Position numbers and translations under genes: made by a program. From contig NIVC01003170.1 of assembly GCA_002269645.1 (NCBI GenBank), positions 1 through 44,030 on the forward strand: DNA of 44,030 bases, read 5' to 3'. The notes beneath the pieces are model-generated. The model did no database searches, was not told the origin of the DNA, and saw only the letters and a program-made list of their open reading frames with translations. Positions 34,664 to 44,030 of this stretch are shown in pieces. Within the stretch, counting starts at the first letter, position 1; the number at the start of each line of letters is the position of its first letter. The DNA is from Macrostomum lignano (lineage: Eukaryota).

Positions 34664-36497
34664 GCTCGTCGCCGCCATGACCGTGGTCACCAAGATGTCA
34701 GAGTTGGGAGCACTAACACCTTTTGCGTAATCTGATGCGATTCGGTCCACGGCTCAAAAATTCTTCCCGTGTCGTCCTCCATCCGCACCACCGACCAGCC
34801 TCCCGCTAGAAACAGCTTCGCCGCATATTCAACCAGCCCCGATGTTGCATTTGCAGGCGCGCTCTCGGGGCTCCGCAGTTTCCCATACGGTAGCAAATGT
34901 CACCCCTAGAATTTTGTCCTATGTATCTGCTACTGTTTAGTAGTAGTTTTAGAATTAGCTCACACGACTAACACTTTGCCTTTTACTTCGTATTGTGCGC
35001 TAATGTATCAAGATGAGTTCGGCGTTATTGCCTGATCGTTATTGTTAGCTCGTAGGTCCCTTGCTCACTGCCTCCTCCGGGTTTTCCCACCTATCTGTCT
35101 CGTCTCGTCTTTCCCGCAGCCCATTTTTAGCGAACGTGATGCGTGTGCGCAGTTAAACCCCAAACGCCACCACCTACTGTACATGCGTGCCCTCACAACT
35201 GTAATTTGTGTGCAACTGCGATGCGTGCCCACTCCTGCCCCGGCACGCTGCTCTCAATTATTCATTGCTGTCACATTCTCTGCTCCATGTGTGGCACTTG
35301 TTCTCAATTCAAACCCGAACTGATATTGAATGCTGGATACGTCTCTCTAGTAAATCATTCTCTCAAATTTGATGCTTTTTCGACGTCAGCGCTTTGAAAT
35401 CAATAACAGGAATGACCACTTTTGCCTGCGAATCTTTCTTGCTTACCGAGTAGCTTTGTAGATTTGTGACGCGTTGTTTTCCTGATGAAGAACCGACCCG
35501 ACGCTCAAATCGAAGCGCATACAGCTGGGCATAAAGCTGTAAAGCTGGGCGTAAAGTGGTAGAACAAACCGGTCAATGGACAATAATTTTGCTTTATAGA
35601 CTCAATAGACTTAAGACAATATCTTTTTATTCAAGGGATAAGCCATACACTGTACATGTATACGAACAATATGTTCGGGGGTTGGCTAAAATGAAGCAAT
35701 TACTGATAGTTCGTTAACTCCATGTAATTTAATGACTAATCTGGTATTCACACGAGCTCACAACCAAAATTTGAAATTCTTATACTGTAGCTCAGAATAC
35801 TATGCAAGAGTGGTAATGACCGGTCAATCTAACGGTAACTGAATATTTGTCCCAAGCCTGCCCAATATCGCCTGGGAAATAACAGCGCCACTCACAACAA
35901 ACGGTGCAATGTCAGAAGGCGATTGAAACAGTTCACCTCCCTTACAATTGAGGTGCGGGCCTGTGTGGGTGCACTGCACTGCCACTGATTACCTGAGCTC
36001 AATTACGAGTAACTTTAACTAGGCAACCAGCCTAAAGCCTGGTTCACATTTCCGCAAATAGCTCCGTGCTTCAAACTAATAGCTGTTCGCCGCCGCTACC
36101 AGCTGATTGCGAACGCTACTATCCGTGCGCAGCTCTACTATCCGAAAGTCCGCCGCTCCTGGCGGACTCTAATAGTGATTTTATTTGGTTCTATTCATTA
36201 GAACTAGAAAGGACAATATAACTTTCAATTTTATGCATGGCAAACGAAACCGAAATGAACCCCATTCACATAAACACTCACAACTCCTTACTTTGAGTTG
36301 TCCGCTTTTGCAGCATGGATGGCAGGGGTAGGCGTACAGTAAATTTAAACGATTGTGTCATTGCTCACTGCTCACTGTACAATGAGTACAGACAATTTCT
36401 TGCGCAACCAGACAGGAGCACAGCTGGAGGCTATATGAAACGAATAGAACCATGCTCTATTCTTCACCCCAAACTCCACACAACTTGATACCTGGAA

Positions 36498-37331
36498 ATG
36501 TCCGACTTGTCACACGAGACTCCGGAGTTGGATGCAACTCTGATAGATGAAGTTGCCAAACATGAAGTTGTCTACAACATCTCAAGCCGAAAATTCAAGG
36601 ATCAGCAGGCGAAAACCAGCGCATGGAATCAGATCGCTGAGACTTTGGGCAAGGATGCAACTTGGTGCCTCAAGCGGTTTCAAGGTCTAAAGCGTGACTA
36701 CTTTGTTTTCCGGCGTGGAAGCAAGCTTCCGAGTGGGAGTGCGGTCAAGCCTACTCCCAGGCGGTTGGGAATATACAGTCGCATGAACTTCCTGGACAAC
36801 TGTGACTACATTGGCGATACTACCTCAAATGTGCCTCCGCCCACACCAGAACTTGTAGCTGTGGGATCTGCTGGACCCTCTCAGCAGGCAACCTCGGTCA
36901 ATGATGAGGCGCAACAGTCCAGTCGAGCAGAGGCACAGGCTGCAACAACTGACCCCAGTGAGGCGTCAATGCGAGAGTTTGCGGAAAGTGCGCCAAAGAA
37001 GGCCAGAAAGGCAACTGCATCAAAAGCAGAAGCATCAAAGCTGGATACTGCCCTCAGCCAGTTGACTCAGCAACTGACAAAAGATGAGGACGAATATGCC
37101 TCCTTTGGCCAAGCAATTGGACAGGCCATCCGTCGGCTTCCAACGCAAATTGAGCGCGACTATGCCATGGCGCACCTGCGGAGCGAGTTGTTCACAATCC
37201 AACTCCACGGCCTGCCCCGAAGCGTTGCCATCCGAACTGAGCCTGCCGCTGATGCCGCTGCTGGATCAGTTTCCTTCGACGACATGCTCGGCTCCATCAT
37301 ATCCACGGTCACACCTCCCAATGACTCCTAG
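36498..37331 (+). CDS. Harbinger MADF/Myb-SANT-like DNA-binding protein with BESS-like C-terminus
   Basis: LIDEVAKHEVVYN...KTSAWNQIAETLG...CLKRFQGLKRDY (MADF) and DEYASFGQAIGQAIRRL; intact 277-aa ORF. Confidence 0.92.
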   Translation: MSDLSHETPELDATLIDEVAKHEVVYNISSRKFKDQQAKTSAWNQIAETLGKDATWCLKRFQGLKRDYFVFRRGSKLPSGSAVKPTPRRLGIYSRMNFLDNCDYIGDTTSNVPPPTPELVAVGSAGPSQQATSVNDEAQQSSRAEAQAATTDPSEASMREFAESAPKKARKATASKAEASKLDTALSQLTQQLTKDEDEYASFGQAIGQAIRRLPTQIERDYAMAHLRSELFTIQLHGLPRSVAIRTEPAADAAAGSVSFDDMLGSIISTVTPPNDS

Positions 37332-37673
37332 AAGTGCGTGAGATAAAAGCGATAGAGTGCAATATTTTGCAAACTGGAAGCAAATCTTTTTTCCTTTTTT
37401 CATGACCAGATTGCATTGTGCGTGTCAGAGAGCAAGTGCAGAGATCGAGAGAGACAGAAAATATAATGAAATCATAAATTAATATGTTGAAAATATTGTC
37501 TCCACAGTCTTGTCAATTTATTTACGAGTTTGGATTACTTTCTGCTGCAGCATTGTACTTTCTCGCCGCCTTGTTTGAAATTTCCACAAAATTAGCTCAT
37601 AAATTCACGTTCTGTATGCGAAATAAACATGCGGAATAAATTAATGATTCATCAACAGTATTATCGATTATCA

Positions 37674-39287
37674 TCAGTAGGTTACATGTATCATTGCGCT
37701 CTGCCATGGAATGGCACCATTGGGGCTGACGAAGAAGTCCCTCAGCAGCATCTGTTGCTCCCGAGCGGAGGCGCTGCTTCGATTTCCACCCAGATTCCGG
37801 GCTGGCATTACCCCGCCGCTGCCTGTCACGGTGGATCTCCATGAACCCTCCTGTACCTGGCCGGTGGGCAGTTCCTGGTCAACACTTCCAGGTGGCATGT
37901 AGGACCGAGCTGCTGTAATGTTGGCCTCGTCCTCTATTCGCATAAAGTTATGCAGTACGAATGCGCACCGAATAAAGGCCTCAACGTGATCGATTCTCGC
38001 TATGACAGGCCGCAGGAAGAGTCGCCAGCGAGTCACCAGGATTCCAAACGCATTCTCAATTGTGCGTCTTGCTCGAGACAGCCGGTAGTTGAACACTTGC
38101 GTCTTGTAGTCCAATGGTACCATTCCGCCGCGCGCAGGGAATGGGCGCATGAGATAATTCTTCAGCGGGAAAGCCTCATCACCGACAATTTTGCAAATGG
38201 CATGACGAGGCTGCTGCCAGAAATGCAGGAAGGCTCCGGGACTTTCACCGATCCAGACTCCAATCCAGCGTACAAGGCTGAACGTGAGAAGACTCCAGCG
38301 TCTCCTTCTCTCCCTGCGCTGCCACTCTCTATGTACGTGAAGATGTAGTTACTGTCGCACATGGCGAGTACCAGTGAGCTGAACTGTTGCTTGTAATTGA
38401 AGTACTGGGAGCCGGTGTTTCTTGGACAATGAACCTTGAAATGCTTGCCGTCAATTGCACCGAGGCAGTTCGGAAAATGCCACTTTTCCCAGAATCCACC
38501 AGCGATTGCTTTCCATTCTTCTGCAGATGCAGGAAACTTTAGATATGTTGACGCCAGCTTGTCGTAGATGGCAATCGCAGTCTCGAACACGACCCCTGAC
38601 ACAGTAGAGCGTCCTCGGCCAAATCGAAACGACAAGTCGGCTTGGCTGCAACCCGAAGCCAGGTAGCAAAGCGTCATCATTTGTTAAATCGACTAACTCT
38701 TCAAAAAACCGAAAAATAATTAAGTAGGCGAAAATTGGATGTTTGTAGCCTTTCAATACCTCGCGTTCTCGCGCAGGCAAACAAAACAAACAACCACTTA
38801 GCAAAAAGCACGCTTACCAAAATCACGCCCTTTTAATTAATATTTTACGTGGGGGTGAGGCTAGCAGAGAGAGAGGGGGGTTGGCTCATGTACATTAAAT
38901 AAAGAAAAAAATACATGTACAATTCAATTAGTAAAACTCCCAAAAATACGAGCTCGTATAACAAAATATGAACCTCCAGAACATCATTAGCTTCTCCTCT
39001 GCCGGAACGGCCTCTCTTCTTGCACATGGCCTGGAGAGTTTGGTTGCAACCAGTGAAAGCAGATGCTCAAACCGAGCCGGGCGCATGCGCATATACTTGA
39101 AGTTCATCTCCGAGTCTCTATCTCGCAGATGTGGGATCAATCCGGCAAACTCGCCAAGCTCTTCTCTTCGTTGATGACTCGGTCTCCGCCACCATCGCCT
39201 AGGGCGGCGGCCTTGCCTGATCAGCCTACGATGTTGCAGTATCGTTACGATTGACAATAGCAGTAGCTTCTTGGCTCGTGAAAGCAT
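37674..39287 (-). CDS. Harbinger DDE transposase (307-nt interruption and one frameshift)
   Basis: FKYMRM...FEHLL, TLCYLASG, HFPNCLGAIDGKH, VGDEAF (after frame correction at 38189-38192), FNYRLSRARRTIENAFGILVTRWR. Confidence 0.93.
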
Positions 39288-39945
39288 GTTTAAAATCTGA
39301 AAGCTGGTCACGGCTTTCTGGTCAAGATTTCTTAGATTGAAAATGCCCTGTCCGAAGCACAGATAGGGCTAGCACTAGACTGAATTACTTTATATACTCG
39401 TAACAGTGGCCAAGGGTCAAATATTGCCTATTATCTTCGCGGGTTAAATTGAACTGCATGGCGATGCATCTATTTGAGGCCGATAGTAGCACCCGCTAGT
39501 AGTGGTCGCGCTGAGCTAGTAGATTTCTGAAAATCAGCTATTAGCTGTGAGCGTCAGCTATTTGCGGAAATGTGAACCAGGCTTTAGGTGGCGACCTAAA
39601 TAGGCACACGCATGTACAAAGCACCCACCCATCACCAGACAGCCAACACCCAAACAGCCCCCCCCCCTTGCACTAAAGGCGGTTAGCCCTCGCAGGCTCG
39701 CGCAAACCGATGCATTACGCGGCGCTGTGTACATTCTCTCTCTCCCTTGGCATAACAATATTCAGTCCGTCAGTGATCGATTCTAAGTTTTAAGCCTATA
39801 TATTTTGATCGGTATCGCACTATGGTCAGTAAACCTATCGCACAAGCTTTGCAATACTTCGCTCGTATCAAATATATAATTTCGCACTTGACTCAAACCA
39901 AGCCTGCGGGCAGCCTTGTCCTCGTTTACTGGGCGCGACTTGACA

Positions 39946-40620
39946 ATGGCGTCGCAAGCAAGCAACTCCGAACTAAACTTGGCTGACCTAGACACAGCTA
40001 AAGCCTGGCTGCTCAGCTTTGCAGCCGTCGCAGGAACCAAGAAACTGACGGACACGGAAGAAGATCGGCAAATCACTGACCTATTCCTTGCCAGGGCAGG
40101 TCTCAAGGCACTGAGAACACTCCCTCATGGCTGCCCCGGCCAGCCTGGAGAAAAAACATTTGCACAAATCCGTGACATCATTAAGGAGATAATCCGGCCC
40201 AAAAATCGCCTTGATATTGCCGAACAAGCGAAATTCCTTGCTCTCAGGCAGGACCCAAGCGAAATTGTCGCCTCCTACTACCGTCGACTCTGTGCAGCGG
40301 CGGCTACGTGTAGCGCTGAGAAGCTCGAGACGAAACTATCAAGCGAGGACGAGCTCATCACCATGCGGCTCGTGGACGGACTCGCCTCTGTGGACCACAA
40401 GCATAGACTGTTGGAGAGAATGCAAGCTACCGACATGCTGCTGAACGAAGTGCTGCAAACGCTTGAGCAACTGGAGCAAATCCGCTGCTACAACAGCAGC
40501 ACTGGGACTGCTGCCACCACCGAGGCCAGAATCGCCTATGCAGGACGGCGCGGCACGCCCCCACAGCCAGCGCCGGACACCAGACCACCGAAGAACACCA
40601 GCAAGGCAAAGTGCCAATTG
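39946..40620 (+). pseudogene. Gag fragment of a second Gypsy-type element
   Basis: KFLALRQDPSEIVASYYRRLCAAAATC fits the Gypsy gag capsid motif; truncated near the zinc knuckle. Confidence 0.7.
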
Positions 40621-40697
40621 TGGTGTCTCGATAGACTAACACAGGAAAAAGCAATCCCTCATCACCAGGGCTCTAACCGGTGCGTCCGGCCCGGCCA

Positions 40698-40719
40698 CCC
40701 TAACCCTAACCCTAACCCT
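40698..40719 (-). repeat. (CCCTAA)3 telomeric-type tract
   Basis: Directly visible at the gag/LINE junction. Confidence 0.85.
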
Positions 40720-43130
40720 TTCGGTAACGGCCCCAGAAAGCGACAGCCCTTCTGGAATGAACGCTGTCAGAAGGCAGCCGACAGTCGTGAAGAAAGCCGC
40801 CTCCTCCTCATCGAGCGCCCTGATGACCCTGAAAATATCCGTCGGTACTCTGACCTAAAACAGGAGGCCGCCCGTGTCATCAAAGAGGAAAAGAAGTTTG
40901 ACTTCTGAGAGCGGCTCAGCACGATGAGACCTGATGGTGATATGTGGAGGCTGATCAAACGCTTCGATGGGCGCATTCCCAGCTCTAAGCCGGCTGCAGC
41001 CTTCGAACGACCGGCCCACGGCAACATTCCTCCGTCCAATCCACTCGCGGTTATAGCTGAGAGAAAGCGGAGCTCTTCTGAAGAGCGCCTATGTCGAGGT
41101 CTCCAGATTTGCCAAGAACAAGAAGACCGAGGACCGCTCCATCATCCAAGAGGCCCCGGGCCGGACGGCATCTGCAATGAACTTCTACTCGTACGTCAAG
41201 CCTCCCGCTCGAAAAAGCCGCCTCCTTGAACTCATCAACTACTGGTTGAACTGGACCACTCCTGACGCTTGGAGGCGTGCCGAATTCATCGCTATTCATA
41301 AGAAAGAGAAAGACCCAGGGCAGCCTGATTCGTACAGACCTATATCGCTGCTCAGCTGCATTGCCAAATTGGCCGAGTGCATTCTCCAGAACCGCCTGTT
41401 CCACTGGCTTGAATCGCGCAACCTCTTTAACAAAAACCAGGCCGGTTTCCGCAAGGGCCACTCCACGATCGACCAACTGACCCGCATTAACCAGGCTATC
41501 TTCGACGCCCTTGAGCAAGGCAAGCCGAACTTGATTCTCCTGGACTTCACCAAGGCCCATGACCGAGTCTGGCAACCTGGCTTGTACGCTAAAATGGCCA
41601 GCCTTGGCATCCCGGAGCATGTTATCCGCTTCATTAAGAATTTACTCTCAGACTGCCGCGCCAGAGTCCGCTGGGATGGCACCTGCTCCAACTGAAGAGT
41701 CTTTACGGACGGTCTCCCTCAAGGATCGGTTCTCGCACCTCTCCCTGGCTGATTTATGTCAATGACATCGACGACGGCCTCGATGACAGGGTGCTCCGTT
41801 CTCTCTTCGCTGACGACACGGCAATCCTGAGCACTGGCAGAAGCCTGCAAGAGTGCGCGGACCGCGCCCAGCCGGCCCTAGACGCCATTGTTAGCTGGAC
41901 CAAACGCTGGAAAGTCCATTTGAGCACCCATAAGTGCATCTTCACCACCTTCACACTCAAAACCGAAGTGATGCACATCGGCACCAGCACCGCGCCCGAA
42001 CTGAGCCTGCCGAGCGGCGAAACGATCTCAACCTGTCAAGACTTCCGCTACCTGGCCGCGCTGATCTTGAATCCTGAAGATATCATCACGGACCGGAAAG
42101 ACAAGCCTGGCGTTCTGCAGTCAAGATCAGCCCTATATTCAGCTACGCAGTGCCTGACGCCCTCAAGATCAAGCTTTTCCGTGCCCACAGTCGAACTGAT
42201 CCTGCTCTACGGACTGGAAGACGTACCGGTGACCACCACCCGGGAAAACGCGCTAAACGACATCAACCAGGCGCTTATTCCGCTACACACTAGGCATCCA
42301 ATTCCCCGAGACCATCTCAAACCGCGATCTCGCCGGCGCACCGGCCTTCCGCCTCTCCGCGTTATCCTGCGGCGGTGGCGACAAACCCTCGCCGGCCACG
42401 TTCTGCGACGGCACGGTCGCCGTGAAGCCAACCCTCTCGCGATGGCGCTGCTTCACCCACCGCGGGAACGGCTTCGACGCTGCCAAGGCCGTGCTGCCAC
42501 GCTGATCCAGACTCTGACTGACGACCTCAGCGACCCTGACCAGACCCGAGTGGCACTGCATTCTACCCCTCTATGCTGTTTCGCAAACGCGTGCGCGCTA
42601 GGATTCTGTAACCCTATGCGTCTTTTCTATTATCTATTCTACACTCAATCCAGCGGAGTGCGGCGGTAAAGTGCGTCCTGTGATCTGCATCGAGAATGAG
42701 CCCTACGTTACGAAGCTGAACCTACCTTCTTGGCCTCAAGTTCGATGATTAGTTGACCTTCTCCAGCCACGTCGACTCGGTCGAATTCAAGATGGCAAAT
42801 TGCCGCAACTGCCTGCTGGCCATCGCAGGCAAACACTTCAGAGCTAATAGAGCTACCCTCCGAGCCGCTTACACCGCCTACATGGGATCCATCTTCGACT
42901 ATTGCTCTTCGAACTACTTCACCCATGTGGCTGGCATCTGCAGCCTGTGTGCGCTGGCCTCATGACCATCTACCGCGGCCCTTGGACTCAGGCCGACGGC
43001 CCTGGCCCCTTGCCCGCAGACGATCTCTTCGAACGCGCGCGTACGCAAATCGCCAACACGGAACCCGTCGTAGAAACTATGAAGCCAAAGAATTAATCTG
43101 CGGTATTTTTGCTTGTTCACCGTCAAACCC
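40720..43130 (+). mobile_element. 5'-truncated, decayed non-LTR retrotransposon (I/Ingi/Jockey-like RT)
   Basis: PFWN linker, GPDGI, SYRPISLLSCIAKL, QAGFRKG, LDFTKA, LPQGSVL, FADD, then FLGLKFDD*LTFSSHVD; stops and frameshifts present. Clade assignment is tentative. Confidence 0.88.
41961..42640 (+). mobile_element. Nested 5'-truncated RTE-like LINE 3' fragment
   Basis: KTEVM...FRYL...LLYGLE...LAGHVLR C-terminal RT pattern, short TCTAT-type tail, and 8-bp target-site duplication ACACTCAA (41953-41960, 42641-42648). Confidence 0.8.
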
Positions 43131-43179
43131 TGTGACTGAGTCGCCGCAGTAGAGCCTCCAAACAGTGGTCGTGCTCCGT

Positions 43180-43870
43180 CGTGGTGGCGCCGAAGATGAT
43201 GAAGTCGTCGAGAATGTGCTCCACGCCGTCCATGTCAGCCACTAGATCGTCGAGCATGCACTGGAACGCCGCAGGCGCTGACGTCAAACCGAACGGCACT
43301 TGTCAGTACCTGTATAGGCCATTGTGCGTGATGAAGGCTGTCAGGTCGCGCGACGACTCATGCAGCTCCATCTGCATGTAGCCGGCCTTCAGGTCCACCT
43401 TGCTGAAGATCTGTCCTTTGGCTCCCTTGATCTTGGCAGTAATGTCGTCCAGTTGGGGCATCGGGTGTTGATCGCATTTCACCGCCTTGTTGGGCTCCCG
43501 GATGTCGACGCAGACCCGGATGCTGCCGTCATTTTTGGTGATGGTCACCAGCTTTGACACCAGCGACTCGAGTCGATTCGCTTGATGATGCCAGCCGTCT
43601 CCAGCTTGTCGAGCTCAGCCTCCACCACTGCTGCTTGGCCAGCTGTCGACGACGCAGAGGCTGGCGCACTGGCGGCGCGGAGAAGTCGACGACGGCCTGT
43701 GCACGCTCCGCTGCACAGCCGATCTGGTCGCTAAGGCCGCTGGAACGCGGCACCTCCAGCTGCTCCACGACGCTGTTCACCTCGCTGACGTCCTCGAGAG
43801 GCTACATGAACCGAGCTATTCATGAGGTTCGACCTGCGATTTTGTCGCCGTGCTTCGCGATGTAGAACAG
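43180..43870 (-). pseudogene. Gypsy pol RT fragment (third element)
   Basis: PVRQPLRR, KNDGSIRVCVD, FSKVDLKAGYMQ, TAFITHNGLYRY*...PFGLTSAPAAFQ, ILDD; internal stop. Confidence 0.9.
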
Positions 43871-44030
43871 GTGTTACAGCGACGGTTGTTGTGCTTTAGT
43901 AAAACGGCCCTGTTAAGGGCTCCTTGTCACGACTTGACTTAATTCTTGACTTAGCTGCAGGGGGCTCTGTGCATCCGGAAACAGCGAGGAGCGTTGCGCC
44001 ATTTCGCTAACCCTGGCGACCACGGGCAGC

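Larger units (their letters stand above)
36034..39585. mobile_element. PIF/Harbinger DNA transposon, full length
   Basis: Perfect 33-bp inverted repeat at 36031-36063 and 39556-39588, enclosing convergent MADF/Myb-like and DDE transposase genes. Confidence 0.95.

Noticed and set aside
35482-35520. CTGATGAAG...CGAAGC as a hammerhead
   Set aside because: No helix II pairing and no GAAA.
39790-39840. CA-cta-TGGTCAG as the LTR end and PBS for the second gag
   Set aside because: No matching LTR start or second LTR found; too short to support.

Overview
Eukaryotic (metazoan) genomic DNA, not prokaryotic: spliceosomal introns, TTAGGG repeats and animal transposon families are present. The style would fit the flatworm Macrostomum, but that is an unverified guess. 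Three host genes lie on the + strand: the last exon of a SAXO/FAM154-like axonemal microtubule protein (6317-7272), LARP1 (about 10567-16165; La motif, PAM2, DM15) and an RBM24/38 (SUP-12)-like RRM gene (28606-34663). Mobile elements: a near-intact Ty3/Gypsy LTR retrotransposon (1-6127, minus; 5' LTR and PBS visible), a Penelope-like GIY-YIG fragment followed by a minimal hammerhead ribozyme motif, a nest of Helitron-like elements carrying satellites and interstitial telomeric repeats (about 19-27 kb), a PIF/Harbinger element with perfect TIRs (36.0-39.6 kb), and decayed Gypsy and LINE pieces with one LINE nested in another. The most unusual pattern is that three unrelated intronic minisatellites each have a repeat unit containing a 3' splice site, multiplying candidate acceptors in LARP1 and RBM24/38. 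Single-base indels, mostly in short nucleotide runs, recur across otherwise clean ORFs and may be assembly errors. All exon boundaries were called by eye from GT/AG, phase and protein motifs, without transcript data.
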